Source: an uncultured delta proteobacterium
GTDB lineage: Bacteria > Desulfobacterota > BSN033 > UBA1163
Direction: 5' to 3'
Length of the DNA: 64,000 nucleotides
Assembly: GCA_963827685.1 (NCBI GenBank)
Contig: CAWHBU010000002.1
Coordinates: 736,001 to 800,000, forward strand
Part shown: one piece after another, positions 39,094 to 49,534 of the stretch
Layout: each line of letters starts with the position of its first letter
Numbering within the stretch: position 1 is the stretch's first letter
The notes under the pieces: model-generated
Told to the model about the DNA's origin: nothing
What the model saw: the letters and a program-made list of their open reading frames with translations, nothing else
The model's database searches: none
Program-made: the position numbers and the translations under genes

Positions 39094-40316
39094 TAGGATT
39101 TCCTATCCAACATGCGCTGATATAAAGTAATATATTTATCTGCCACCAAATCGATGGAAAAATTCTTCTGAATATATTGGCGACCACTTCTTCCCAAATT
39201 CTCCCTCTCTTTTGGATTCCTCACCAAGAAGAGTATGGCCCGGGCAAGGCCGTCAATATCCTCTGGCTGAAATAGCAGTCCATTAGGGGTAGCCATAAAA
39301 TTTCCCTTAGGGATTCTGCTATTTTCCCCAATTCCCATTATCTCCGCATTCCCGCTGATATTCGTGGCGATACAAGTCAACCCGTGGCTCATGGCTTCCA
39401 GCAGCGAATTGGACATTCCTTCTGCTCTCGAGGCAAGGACGAAGATATCGGATTTTTTTAAGTGTTCCTCCACCTGAATAACCTCTCCCATAAATTTTAC
39501 TGAATCGGAAATCCCTAAGGATTGGCAGAGGTCTTTGAATTCGCGTTCGTGAGGACCCTTCCCTATTATGAGAAGGTTCAGATTATTTTCATGAGTCACA
39601 ACCCTTGCCCACGCCTTTAAAAGGATGTCGATTCCTTTTTGTTTGTCGAGTCTTACGCTTGTGATGAGAAAGAGGACTTGATCATAATGAGTCTTTCCAT
39701 CAAGGGAGGGTGCCACTCCATTTGGGATATGTTGAATTCTTTCTAAGGGACTACCAAGAGCCTGATACTCCTCTCCACCTTCATTGTTCACTGTTACCAA
39801 ATAATCCAGTTTTTTGATAAGATACCTTAATTGGAAAATACCGAACGGGAAACGTTTCAAATTTCTTATATCACTTGTCAATCCGGAACAGCCCATTTTG
39901 GCAAGGACCGGTTTCTTCAAAATCCCTTTCCCAATGAGTGTGGAAACAAATGCGGGATAAAGCACCTGGTGAACATGGATGATGTCGTATTCCTTTCGAT
40001 GCATTAGGAGATAAATTCCAAGAGCAAGGGCATAGGCAAAAAAACCAAATGCCCGGACCCCTGCTATTCCAAACATTCCCCAGCATGAAAAATTCCTCAC
40101 AATTCTGATTCCATTCTTTGTCTCCTTATGAGTAGTACCAAATTTCCACCATCCAGTGACAATGCTTACCTGTACCCCCCTTTCGCGCAAAGTCTTCGCA
40201 AGTAATTCAGCTTGCTTCTCCGCCCCACCAATAATGGGATAAAATTGAGAGATTACCATAAGGACCTTCATCTTTGAATCAATGACCCAACTCCCACTCT
40301 CTTTTCGTTGCCCCAT
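39093..40316 (-). CDS. Glycosyltransferase family 4
   Basis: GGAEKQ, HIPNGV, EGMSNSLLEAM (EX7E); start may be the internal MKVLMV. Confidence 0.9.
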   Translation of the reverse strand: MGQRKESGSWVIDSKMKVLMVISQFYPIIGGAEKQAELLAKTLRERGVQVSIVTGWWKFGTTHKETKNGIRIVRNFSCWGMFGIAGVRAFGFFAYALALGIYLLMHRKEYDIIHVHQVLYPAFVSTLIGKGILKKPVLAKMGCSGLTSDIRNLKRFPFGIFQLRYLIKKLDYLVTVNNEGGEEYQALGSPLERIQHIPNGVAPSLDGKTHYDQVLFLITSVRLDKQKGIDILLKAWARVVTHENNLNLLIIGKGPHEREFKDLCQSLGISDSVKFMGEVIQVEEHLKKSDIFVLASRAEGMSNSLLEAMSHGLTCIATNISGNAEIMGIGENSRIPKGNFMATPNGLLFQPEDIDGLARAILFLVRNPKERENLGRSGRQYIQKNFSIDLVADKYITLYQRMLDRKS

Positions 40317-40346
40317 TAAATAACCTTCTGATCCTGCTTCATCCCA

Positions 40347-41126
40347 TTATTTGATGCAGATGAAGAGTGTCCCTCCTGAGAAAACCAGTCCTAGTAACCT
40401 TAATGTCTTCACCTTGCTGACCAGCTTTAGAACGACAATTTTCCACCACGTCCGGTAAACCAAATCACTCGGTTCAATGATGGCAAACTGATCGAGTACT
40501 CTTTCAAAACCGAGTTCTGCAAAGAACCGCTTTAGTTGAAAATTATTGAATTGATTGAAATCAATTCCCAATTTCATGATCTCCTCTCCGGAGCGGGCTA
40601 CACGGATACGATATCTCCATTTGTTAGGTAACCATCCATAGAATGGCATGTTAAATTCACCGGAGCGAAGACTGAATCGATTGGTCGAGTAAAAATAAAA
40701 CAACCCTCCTGGTTTTAACGCTTCGTAGATTTTACGCAACCCTTTTTGCCAATGTTCCACGTGCTCAAATGTTGAGAGAGCGATGATGATATCGTATTTG
40801 GATTGACCGATTTCCTCATCTTCAATATTTCCAAGTCTAATATCTGGCTTCACTCCATTCATTCGACCGAATTCATAAGCATAGTCCACTAATTGGGGAC
40901 AGATTTCTATGCCATCACAGGCGATCCCATTCTTTTTGCACAAGATGGGAAACCATCCGGCCCCTGTTCCCACCTCCAGTACTTTCGTACTTGAGTTGAT
41001 CTCTTTAAACTTCCGAATCCGTTTGAGGGTACTCTCATAAACGGGGAGGAAGTCCTGAAGCGTTAATTTACGCTGATCGCCGAGAAATCCCTCCACAACA
41101 TGAAGATCGTGCTGTACCTTCACACA
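40347..41126 (-). CDS. Class I SAM-dependent methyltransferase
   Basis: VLEVGTGAG, FEHVE, LKPGG; likely GTG start at 41126. Confidence 0.85.
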   Translation of the reverse strand, partial: CVKVQHDLHVVEGFLGDQRKLTLQDFLPVYESTLKRIRKFKEINSSTKVLEVGTGAGWFPILCKKNGIACDGIEICPQLVDYAYEFGRMNGVKPDIRLGNIEDEEIGQSKYDIIIALSTFEHVEHWQKGLRKIYEALKPGGLFYFYSTNRFSLRSGEFNMPFYGWLPNKWRYRIRVARSGEEIMKLGIDFNQFNNFQLKRFFAELGFERVLDQFAIIEPSDLVYRTWWKIVVLKLVSKVKTLRLLGLVFSGGTLFICIK

Positions 41127-41136
41127 TTTACCTCGC

Positions 41137-41994
41137 CTATTCCCTCGTGAACACATATTCATTACAGCCAGATCCGCTACCACGCGTGTTCAGTTTGGAA
41201 AGATTAAACCCTCTCTTTTTATAAAATTCGAACACCTCTTCGGGTTTTGCCACTTCAAATGGATAGCCACCTACCCAATCGACAAGATCATGCCAGACAG
41301 ACATTCCCCTGTTTCTTTTTCTCTGGGTCCACTTCATCAAAGGAAGAGGATTTTGTCCCTCGAAGAGGCGAATGAGCGCAGCTCCCGTTTGTAACCCGCT
41401 TCCTACTCCCAGCAAGATGAATACCCTGACTGGTTTAGGAGATTGGTTATACAGACGCTTTACAGTTCTCCAAAATTGGCTTAAAATGCCTTGGTCATTA
41501 TATATGGAAATAAACAATTTCCCTCTTTCATCAACCAAGCGAGCGACGTTTTCCAGAGCCGCCCACATATTACCGGTGTGATGAAGAACTCCCCAAGAAT
41601 AAACAATGTCATATCTTCCTAAGCTTCTTAAATAAATAGTATCTAAAACGTCCCCATGTTCGATTACCCATTTTCTATCATCAGGATAATAACGCCGTTT
41701 TAACTCTTGCGTGCATGCTACTGAAAGTGGATCGTAATCAAATGAATGGACTGTTCCCCCTAATCTCCTGGCGGCAAGAGAAAATAAACCACTTCCGGAC
41801 CCTATATCGAGAAATCGTTTGTTGTTTAACTCCTCTATTTCAAGCATTCTTTTCAGCGACTTCTCCGCCGCCAAAATTCGGTCTTCATCTAATATCTTAA
41901 GAAATTGTGCCCAGTTCTCTCCAAAGTCAAACCGCCTTCTTTTGGCTACGTTGTTCTTATGATTGTTCACGTCTAACTCTATCAAAGACAGCAA
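41137..41994 (-). CDS. Class I SAM-dependent methyltransferase
   Basis: RFDFGENW, FLDIGSGSGLFS, YSWGVLHHTG, DWVGGYPFEVA. Confidence 0.88.
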   Translation of the reverse strand: MLSLIELDVNNHKNNVAKRRRFDFGENWAQFLKILDEDRILAAEKSLKRMLEIEELNNKRFLDIGSGSGLFSLAARRLGGTVHSFDYDPLSVACTQELKRRYYPDDRKWVIEHGDVLDTIYLRSLGRYDIVYSWGVLHHTGNMWAALENVARLVDERGKLFISIYNDQGILSQFWRTVKRLYNQSPKPVRVFILLGVGSGLQTGAALIRLFEGQNPLPLMKWTQRKRNRGMSVWHDLVDWVGGYPFEVAKPEEVFEFYKKRGFNLSKLNTRGSGSGCNEYVFTRE

Positions 41995-42038
41995 CGAAAA
42001 TAGGAGTGTATGAACTTACGAACCCTTAAGTTATATTG

Positions 42039-43148
42039 TTATTTTTGATCCACCGAATTTGATATGAGTGTTTTATATAATAATTCGAAACAACGCTCAG
42101 TAGCATATTTCTCTCTAACTAACGAGAGCCCGGTCTTCCCCATTTCTTTTCTGAGAAAGCTATTTTCGATTAACAACGCTAATCTCTCCAACCATTCTCC
42201 ACTTGTGGACGCGAAAAAACCGTTCAATCCATCCTCTATTACCTCAAGATGTCCTCCAATAGGACTGCTAACGACGGGTAAACCTGCCGCCATATAAATT
42301 AAGGTTTTCAGAGATGTTTTCCCATGTGCAAACCTATTTCCTTTCAAGGGATTAATTCCTATATTGAAACTAAATACATAGTTTATCATGTCTTCTTCAT
42401 CATAATAAGGTACTGTAATGATTTCTAATCTACCTTCGTCAACTATTGGACATTTTGCATTTCCTATTCCAATAAGTCTTAATTGCAGTGGATATTTTTC
42501 TCCGAGGATATTAAAAATATCTTTAAGGATTTCGATGTGGTGTAATGTACTCTGGCTGCCAATCCATCCTATAACAACTTTGGAGTTTATAATATTCTGC
42601 TTTTCTTCCCTATATGCATCAAATTTATTTAGTGGAATAGAGCTTGGGATCACAGTTACATTTTTATTAAACTTATTAGCATAATCTTTCAAATATTGAT
42701 TACCAGCAATAACAATCTTTGAATTGGTAAGAATGAAGTTCGTATTGTCTTCTGATTCCAAAAACACAGCATCATCATAGTCAAAGACTAAATTTGGGTT
42801 TCTTCTTAAGAGCCTTCGAATAAAATCCCTTGCAAGCGGTAACCATTGGATCAATATGAAATCATATCTACGAGCTGAAAGAAATACCTTTATTTCAACC
42901 CATTTATGATACAATACATTTACATATCTTAGGAACCCTTTTAAAAGTAGTCTTAATAAAGATAAAATGCCTCCATTAATTATTAATCGGTCACAATATT
43001 TCAGAATCGCCGGGTGATGGTAATTTAGAACCTTACATCTAATAGAATGTTCCTGAAAATAGGGAATATAATTTAGAACTCTAACCTTACCGCTTGGAAT
43101 CAAATCAGAGCAGGGAATCAAAAAGAGTATTTTTTTGATCGTTTGCAT
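42039..43148 (-). CDS. Glycosyltransferase family 4
   Basis: FDYDDA, IGWIGS, YMAAGLPVVSSP.G, NGF; visibly AT-rich. Confidence 0.85.
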   Translation of the reverse strand: MQTIKKILFLIPCSDLIPSGKVRVLNYIPYFQEHSIRCKVLNYHHPAILKYCDRLIINGGILSLLRLLLKGFLRYVNVLYHKWVEIKVFLSARRYDFILIQWLPLARDFIRRLLRRNPNLVFDYDDAVFLESEDNTNFILTNSKIVIAGNQYLKDYANKFNKNVTVIPSSIPLNKFDAYREEKQNIINSKVVIGWIGSQSTLHHIEILKDIFNILGEKYPLQLRLIGIGNAKCPIVDEGRLEIITVPYYDEEDMINYVFSFNIGINPLKGNRFAHGKTSLKTLIYMAAGLPVVSSPIGGHLEVIEDGLNGFFASTSGEWLERLALLIENSFLRKEMGKTGLSLVREKYATERCFELLYKTLISNSVDQK

Positions 43149-43239
43149 TTAGGTTCTCACGCACCTACGAAGACAACCGCAGGTTCCTTCTATCCGTACA
43201 AAATACAATTTATGTAAAGTTAATTTCTGATTTTCCATT

Positions 43240-44223
43240 CTACGTTTTTCTTGCCCAAACAGTCATTCTTCCGGTTTGACCAAGGCATGCTAAAATATAA
43301 GCAATTGGATATAATAAATAATGTATTCTATTAGCACTATTTGGAAATTGAATTAGCTTTCCTGTAAGCCTGTTTCTTAATCCAGCATCTGAGAGCGAAT
43401 AGCCAATACTGGGAAAAAGATTATAGAGTACTCGCTGGTGGTGAATCTTTACTAACCGCCATCCTCCTGAATTAAGTACCTTCTTTATAGTCTTCGGCGT
43501 GAAATGGAATAAGTGGTTTGGCAAATGTAAAGCATACCAGCAATCTCTGAAGAGTTGAAATTCATAAGATGCTGCGTTTGGAAGAGAGAGAATCAGCCAT
43601 CCTCCGGGTTTTGTCCATTTATACAATCTTTTAAGCGCATGGACTGGATCATGCAGGTGTTCGAGCACCATCCAACCTACAACCAAGTCTAATTCTTCTT
43701 GTAGATCCGGCGCTTCTTCAAGCGGACCAATATGAATTGAATAACCCGTTGCGTTTACATTCGCTCCAGCATGGTCAGATAATTCAACCCCTGCCACATC
43801 CCACCCTTCAAGAGCCATCTGATGCAAAAAAGCGCCGGAGGCACACCCAATTTCTAATAACCTTCCCGGCTTCAAAACTGGTAGACGTGTGTTATTAAAT
43901 TGGAATATCTTTCGCACCAGTTGTTTCCATAATGCTTGATTTTGATTTCCAACCTTTTCTTTTTCGATTTTTGTTCCGAGATAGGGACCATAATTGTCCG
44001 GATAATAAAAAGCAATTGTATCAAGAGTTGGACGTGGGCTAGTTCGCACGAGACCGCATTGCCTGCAACGAACTACGTTAAATTCACCTGGCAAATCATG
44101 GAGTCTATCACGTCCCGTAAACAGCAATACGTCGTCTTTTTTACTACACAACGGACAAGGTTTATCTTCAAGCTCCACCTGATTCTTAAAAGAATTCTTC
44201 ATTTTCTTGCTATCAGCTTCCAA
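43240..44223 (-). CDS. Class I SAM-dependent methyltransferase with N-terminal Zn-finger
   Basis: CPLC...C..CGL, LLEIGCASG, VLEHLHDP, KPGG; start probably MKNSF. Confidence 0.87.
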   Translation of the reverse strand: MEADSKKMKNSFKNQVELEDKPCPLCSKKDDVLLFTGRDRLHDLPGEFNVVRCRQCGLVRTSPRPTLDTIAFYYPDNYGPYLGTKIEKEKVGNQNQALWKQLVRKIFQFNNTRLPVLKPGRLLEIGCASGAFLHQMALEGWDVAGVELSDHAGANVNATGYSIHIGPLEEAPDLQEELDLVVGWMVLEHLHDPVHALKRLYKWTKPGGWLILSLPNAASYEFQLFRDCWYALHLPNHLFHFTPKTIKKVLNSGGWRLVKIHHQRVLYNLFPSIGYSLSDAGLRNRLTGKLIQFPNSANRIHYLLYPIAYILACLGQTGRMTVWARKT

Positions 44224-44267
44224 CCTTAAGAATCATTTGTATACTTTTATACTGACTTACAGACTCT

Positions 44268-45529
44268 TCACTGATCTTCATATGGCAATGTTTTCAAGAA
44301 ATAAATTTGCAGGATAAGATTAACGAGATAATAAATACTTATTGAAACTGCCAGTCCGCCTAATTTAAATAGATAAAACGCCAAGATTTTAAGGGGAACA
44401 TAGGTAGTATAAGTCCAAATTCCTATCTTTGTCGGCGTTCGCGTATCGCCTTTTGCGTAATATGTCGAAGACGTAATTGTACCCATCCCCCCCCCAACCC
44501 ATAACCCTCCCAAAGCGACAAGCAACCACCAAAGGGTTGAAATATTCTGAGCGTCAAAGTGTTTGTGACCGAACAAGGGAGTAAGCAATGGTTTACCGAA
44601 AATCAAAACTACCAGAAAACCTAAAACTGTGAGCCCTCCCATCAAAAGTAGTCGCTTGAAGAGAATATGCCGAAAAGCCTGCCAATCGCGAGCGTGGGCT
44701 TTTTCGGCCATCACAGGAATCATAGGGGTAGCAATAGACTTATTGAGAATGGTATTTCCAGATCCATATAGTTGTTGTGCCATATACAATAAAGTTAGAC
44801 CCCCCGCAGGCGCCATAGAGGCCAAAATGCGATCTACTAATTGATCGGTCTTATAATAGGTATTTCCTAAGAGTAGCGGTTTCAGCCTATGCCAGGCCTC
44901 TTTTAAAGATTCGCTACGCCAGTCTGGTTTGCTATAGGGCCCAACCCACGGAGTAGAAAAAGCGTTTGCAAAAATGTCTTTAGGATCATCGCCCAGGCAG
45001 CAGCGACTATTCCGAAACGTGATAGCCCCCAGATCAAAAGTCCAAAACCAATCACATTTGAGATAATTGAACTCAGTTCAACCCATATGAATCGCTGCCG
45101 CGCATAATTAATAGACCAGAGAACTGCCGTAAGCGCGGTAAAAATGACCCCCACTAATTGGATTCTTACCAGCAAAAGAGTGAGGGATTTCGTATCGGCG
45201 TCGAAGCCTGGTACTGTCCATGGTACCCAAATGCCTGAGGTGAGAAACAAGATACATGTAATTGCACTAAAAAGAAGTCCAATACTCTGAAAATAAATCC
45301 ATGCGTCCTTATAAAATCCTAATTCTCTCTGATTTGATAACAAAGGAACCAACACATGGGTTAATGAACCAGCGATGATCGCTAAAACCAATTGTGGGAC
45401 AACCATCCCAGCGTAGAGGGCATCTGTCTCTGCCCCTGGACCTACCGTCGTGACGATATACCATTGAAAAATAAATCCCAGTAGGACATTTCCACTGGCT
45501 AAGCCGCCCAATAAGACCGCAAGACGCAT
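44268..45529 (-). pseudogene. MurJ/MviN-like flippase split by a frameshift near 44940 (or sequencing error)
   Basis: Upstream half ends ...LLRGLG; the other frame continues PYSKPDWRSESLKEAWHRLKPLLLG...VDRILASMA into ORF 44268-44825 (YYAKGDTRTP). Confidence 0.82.
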
Positions 45530-45598
45530 GTTTAGCTCTGTTTTTCAGATTGTCGAAAATCTACTTGACTCAAAATGACTCTCTCTCCAGACAAATTT

Positions 45599-46750
45599 TC
45601 ATCTCCATCCTGTAGTCAGAATCTGAAATATCTCTGTTTTCCAATCAAAATCGAACCCTTTTTTTCTTTCCCGGCATAAGGTTTTCATCTTTTCGTAAAA
45701 TAGAACATCCGAGAAGGCCCGCTCAATTTTATGGGTAATAGCTTTTTCGTCTGAAGGATCAAACATTAATTCTTCATATTGAAGAATATCCTTTATTCCG
45801 GGGATATTACTTCCCGTGCAAGGTAACCCAGATCCTAATGCCTCCAACATTGCATTTGGCATGCCTTCGCTCAATGAGGGTAATACAAAAAGATCAGAAG
45901 CAAGATAAATCTTCCACAGATCTTCTTTTTCAAGCCAGCCTGTAAAAATAACCTGTTTGTCAACCTCTAATCTTTTTACCAGCTTTTGCAGGGATTCCTT
46001 ATACCACAAATCGACTCGTGTTGAACTATCTCCCACCACTAAAAGATAAAGATTTTCTATTCCTATTTGGGGTAGGCAATTGATAAGGGTTTCAATATTC
46101 TTACCCCGGGTTGGAATCCCAGCCGTGACCAATACCTTTGCATTTCCAGGAATGCCATATTTATCCCTCGTCTGAAGAACATCTTCCTTTTCTCTAATGC
46201 TTATCGGAGGAATGTTGTTATGGAGAACCTGAACATCGATGTTCCTTATCTTGCCCAAACTTTTTGATATTTCATCTCGAGCAGCAGAATTGTTGGTGAT
46301 GATCTTATCGGAGAAAAGAAGACCGTAATATTCAATCATTTTATTCAGAAGAATTAAGACGGTAGAGGAATGTTGCGTTCTCAAACCAAAAGAAAAGTTC
46401 CCACGGATAAAAGTCACCATTGGTCTTTGTAGAAAACATTTAGAGAAACCCAGTACGAAGGCATACAGAGACCCAAAGGCAACCACGACGTCAATCCTAT
46501 TCCTCCAGCCTATCCATAACGACCAAAGTGGGAAAAAGAAGAGGACCGTCAATTTTGCCATCGAGCTTTCTTTATTTCTAAATGGATAAAATAGGATATG
46601 GTTATAAAAACAAGGATTCTCAATGTGAATCGGTTTTAAAGAAAGACAGTGTACTTCCCAGCGTCTTTCTAAAAAGGCTTCAAGCATCATTATGAACCTG
46701 TCGTAAGCTCCCCCTCTCCTAATCGTATACATGGCTGTCATAACCTTCAT
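45599..46750 (-). CDS. Glycosyltransferase family 4
   Basis: V.FTGW, SDLFVLPSLSEGMPNAMLEAL. Confidence 0.88.
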   Translation of the reverse strand: MKVMTAMYTIRRGGAYDRFIMMLEAFLERRWEVHCLSLKPIHIENPCFYNHILFYPFRNKESSMAKLTVLFFFPLWSLWIGWRNRIDVVVAFGSLYAFVLGFSKCFLQRPMVTFIRGNFSFGLRTQHSSTVLILLNKMIEYYGLLFSDKIITNNSAARDEISKSLGKIRNIDVQVLHNNIPPISIREKEDVLQTRDKYGIPGNAKVLVTAGIPTRGKNIETLINCLPQIGIENLYLLVVGDSSTRVDLWYKESLQKLVKRLEVDKQVIFTGWLEKEDLWKIYLASDLFVLPSLSEGMPNAMLEALGSGLPCTGSNIPGIKDILQYEELMFDPSDEKAITHKIERAFSDVLFYEKMKTLCRERKKGFDFDWKTEIFQILTTGWR

Positions 46751-46803
46751 TCGACTCCCCTATGACAACGGAGCGAGTTGCCACGATCCATGACAATTGT
46801 GCA

Positions 46804-46933
46804 TGGGTTAGGGTTACGAGGCCCGTTTCGTATATCGTCAAAGGGTTACGGTTAAAGTATGTTGAATCCGAACAACCTAGCCGAATGGCGATACGGGCAT
46901 CCTCACCCTTACCGTTGGACAAAACTTATTCTC
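46804..46933. repeat. ~130-bp intergenic hairpin element, copy B
   Basis: Shares GGGTTA.GGTTACG, GCCCGTTT, GTCA.AGGGTTACG, AAC.ACCTA.CCGAA, GATACGGGC.TC, CCCTT.CCGTTGGAC..AACTTATT.TC with 471-603. Confidence 0.8.
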
Positions 46934-47556
46934 TAACTAATATCCTTAATATAAATTGAATTCCGGCTGAAGATATCTTCAAGCCTTTCCCTCTTTTTTT
47001 CGTTATCTGTTAACGAAGTGATCAATATCCCATCGGGTTTCAGTTCCTGTACCCGACTCACGGGTTCTATTTCGTAGCCAAAGATAATTCGAGGTGTCAT
47101 TTTCTCATCATCTTCAACAATCCCAACCAACTTCAAATTCACTCCTTGAAGCGTAATGTAGGCTACTTCCATTTCGTCGCTGACCCCGTAAAAAACAATC
47201 CGCTGTAACCCATCGTGTTGCATCTCCAATAGCCTCTGACTAATAATTTTCTTCAATTCTGAATAATGTTGAATGATATAAGAAATGAGATGAAGACTAA
47301 GTTTTGTCCTCTCTGCAAAACCTTTTGGAGTTAAATAGTATCCGATTTTCCGATGATTTAGACCTCGGATTCGAATGAACCCTTTCCGGGCCATCCTTTT
47401 TAAACAGGCATTCGTTACCCCTAGGGCGATGCCAAATTTGTGACTCAACTCACGCTGTGAAACAATAGGATTTTTCTCCAACTCTTCAAGAAGGCGCAGA
47501 TCTCTTATTTCTCTAGATGGTTTAAATATGCTTGGGCTTTCTACCTGTTTTTCCAT
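46933..47556 (-). CDS. Winged-helix regulator, EPS-associated MarR-like
   Basis: SQRELS...GIALG.TN..LKR...KG, YYLTPKGFAE; C-terminal Rossmann-like domain. Confidence 0.85.
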   Translation of the reverse strand: MEKQVESPSIFKPSREIRDLRLLEELEKNPIVSQRELSHKFGIALGVTNACLKRMARKGFIRIRGLNHRKIGYYLTPKGFAERTKLSLHLISYIIQHYSELKKIISQRLLEMQHDGLQRIVFYGVSDEMEVAYITLQGVNLKLVGIVEDDEKMTPRIIFGYEIEPVSRVQELKPDGILITSLTDNEKKRERLEDIFSRNSIYIKDIS

Positions 47557-47607
47557 TTTGGCGACTGATCGTTAAGTCTTCTAACCATTGAACCGGGAAA
47601 ATGGTTT

Positions 47608-47722
47608 TGGGTAAATGCTACGAAGCCAATTTGGTCCACAGTTGAATGGTTACATGAAAGGTTTTAAAGCCCAACAACATGGCCCTTTAACCAAACCGGC
47701 ATCGTTACCCTTACCTCTGGAC
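47608..47722. repeat. Hairpin element, copy C (more diverged)
   Basis: GGGTAAATGCTACGAAGCCAATTTGGT ... ACCAAACCGGCATCGTTACCCTTACCTCTGGAC matches both ends of copies A and B. Confidence 0.62.
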
Positions 47723-47928
47723 TATTGACTTTTAATGTTTTGGCAACTTTTGTAAATCATGAGGCTATTTTTGTAATCCGTTCATTATCCGAACATAAAA
47801 ATGAAAAAAATAATAATTATCTTAAGCATCCGAAGTTATTGAAAAAAAATAGCAAACATTAATTTCTCACACGGTTTGAATTGATTATTATTGAAAAGAA
47901 ATAAGCAACTTCTATACCATCTTAACAT

Positions 47929-49098
47929 TTAAGAGAGCAGAAGATTTGAATAGATATTCTTTATTCTTTCGATGGTTACTGGCCAGACTACCTTTTCCCT
48001 TACAATTGAAGAATTTCTTGTTCGGCTCTCTCTCACCAACTCTTCATCTCGAATGGCATCAATAATTCTGGCTGCCAGACATCTCTCTTCGTCAACAGGA
48101 ACCAGGAACCCGTTCTGGCCAGTAATAATCCATTCTCTATTAGCAGGAATGTCTGTTACAATGGGAAAGGCCCCAGAGCCCATCGCCTCAAGCAAAGAAA
48201 CCGATGTCCCATCGTGTAGAGAGGTGGATACATAAATTTCTGCTTGAGATAAGAGGTTTGGCATTTCCTCATGGGGCACCCGCCCCAAAAATTCTACAGA
48301 TGAATTAATGTTCAAGTTCTTTACTTGTCTTTCCAAGACATTTTTCTCAGTTCCATCTCCTGCGATCCGAAACCTTGTTTCTGGCAACTCTTTGAGAACA
48401 ATTGGAATGGCCCGAATTAACAAAGAAACATTATAGATCGGGAGAAGGTTCCGATTGCTGAGAATTGTGATAGGTTTGTTCCCCAATTCCACTCCCCTAT
48501 TCTTCCCGCTCTCTAAAAATGCTGCATCAATACCCATTGGAATTGTCGAGATTTTTTCGCTTGGGACACCCAATCGTTCTAATTCTTTTTTCTGCACCTC
48601 TGAAACACAATTAAGGTGAGCAGCATTCCTGCACACATAGACAAAGAGTTTTCTGAGAAATCCACCCTTTTCCAAAGCCATCCTAAGATCGGAACCGTGG
48701 ATCGTCACAATCATCGGCTTTCTTAGAAGGAGACCAACCGTAACGCCGATGAGTCCAGTCGGAATTGCCCAGTGGACATGAATCAAATAGCATCTGTTCT
48801 TGAGCATCGCATATAAAGTCAAAAGGACCCCGGTGATGTAATAAAGAACCATTCTCAAAAAAGGAATCTCTTTATGTTCAATCAAGAGTTTGTTTCTAGC
48901 AAAGAAAGGAAAACGATATACCATTATTCCATTCTGCTCTTCGAAATACTGACTCCCCTTGTAAATCTTTGGGGTAACGACGGAGATTTCATATCCATCA
49001 TCTCGTAGCAGTTCGGCCATCCTTTTTATGAAAATGCCTCGATGGGAAGATTCAAAGTCAGGATAAGCATTCGTAAGGAAGAGGATTGACTTACTCAT
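47929..49098 (-). CDS. Glycosyltransferase family 4
   Basis: IHVHWAIP.G, TIHGSD, DGTSVSLLEAM, TDIPANREWI. Confidence 0.9.
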   Translation of the reverse strand: MSKSILFLTNAYPDFESSHRGIFIKRMAELLRDDGYEISVVTPKIYKGSQYFEEQNGIMVYRFPFFARNKLLIEHKEIPFLRMVLYYITGVLLTLYAMLKNRCYLIHVHWAIPTGLIGVTVGLLLRKPMIVTIHGSDLRMALEKGGFLRKLFVYVCRNAAHLNCVSEVQKKELERLGVPSEKISTIPMGIDAAFLESGKNRGVELGNKPITILSNRNLLPIYNVSLLIRAIPIVLKELPETRFRIAGDGTEKNVLERQVKNLNINSSVEFLGRVPHEEMPNLLSQAEIYVSTSLHDGTSVSLLEAMGSGAFPIVTDIPANREWIITGQNGFLVPVDEERCLAARIIDAIRDEELVRESRTRNSSIVREKVVWPVTIERIKNIYSNLLLS

Positions 49099-49109
49099 GG
49101 ATTACTCTT

Positions 49110-49139
49110 GCATAGGGCATAGAGCATGGGGCATAGAGT
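49110..49139. repeat. 7-nt repeat arm (GCATAGR), left of the four-helix-bundle gene
   Basis: GCATAGG GCATAGA GCATGGG GCATAGA GT. Confidence 0.85.
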
Positions 49140-49142
49140 TCT

Positions 49143-49499
49143 TTACGTCAAAGACCCCTTGAAATTGGTTATTTGTCGGCAAAGACGATCAAGATGTATT
49201 AAAAATACATCTAAACGTTCGTTTGAGATAAGATTCCTTTTCTGCAATAAAATCAGTATATTAGCATTTTCAAAGGTAGACCTTCGGGCCATATTCAAAT
49301 ATTGTTTGAACTCTTTCTTCGAAGAAGAGCCTGAACCCTCCGCTATGTTATTTGACATAGACATCCCTGCTCCCCGTAATTGTTCCGCAAATCGATATAG
49401 TTTTTTCTCTTCAAGTTCATCAGCAATGTCAAATAGTTCGTCTGCAATCTGAATCGCCAATTGTCAGATTTTCAGATCCTGAAATCTAAATTTCGCCAT
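49143..49499 (-). pseudogene. Four-helix-bundle protein with an in-frame TGA at the conserved Trp
   Basis: ATG 49499 after GAGGGAG: MAKFRFQDLKI*QLAIQIA...QLRGAGMSMSNNIAEGSG...FLNMARRS.FE-like; TGA at 49464-49466 replaces W of the LxIWQ motif. Confidence 0.87.
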
Positions 49500-49534
49500 C
49501 TTTCTCCCTCAACTTTCTATTCCTTTGATTCTTT

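Noticed and set aside
49464-49466. Genetic code reassignment or selenocysteine at the in-frame TGA
   Set aside because: TGA terminates many other genes here and the aligned residue is Trp, not Cys.
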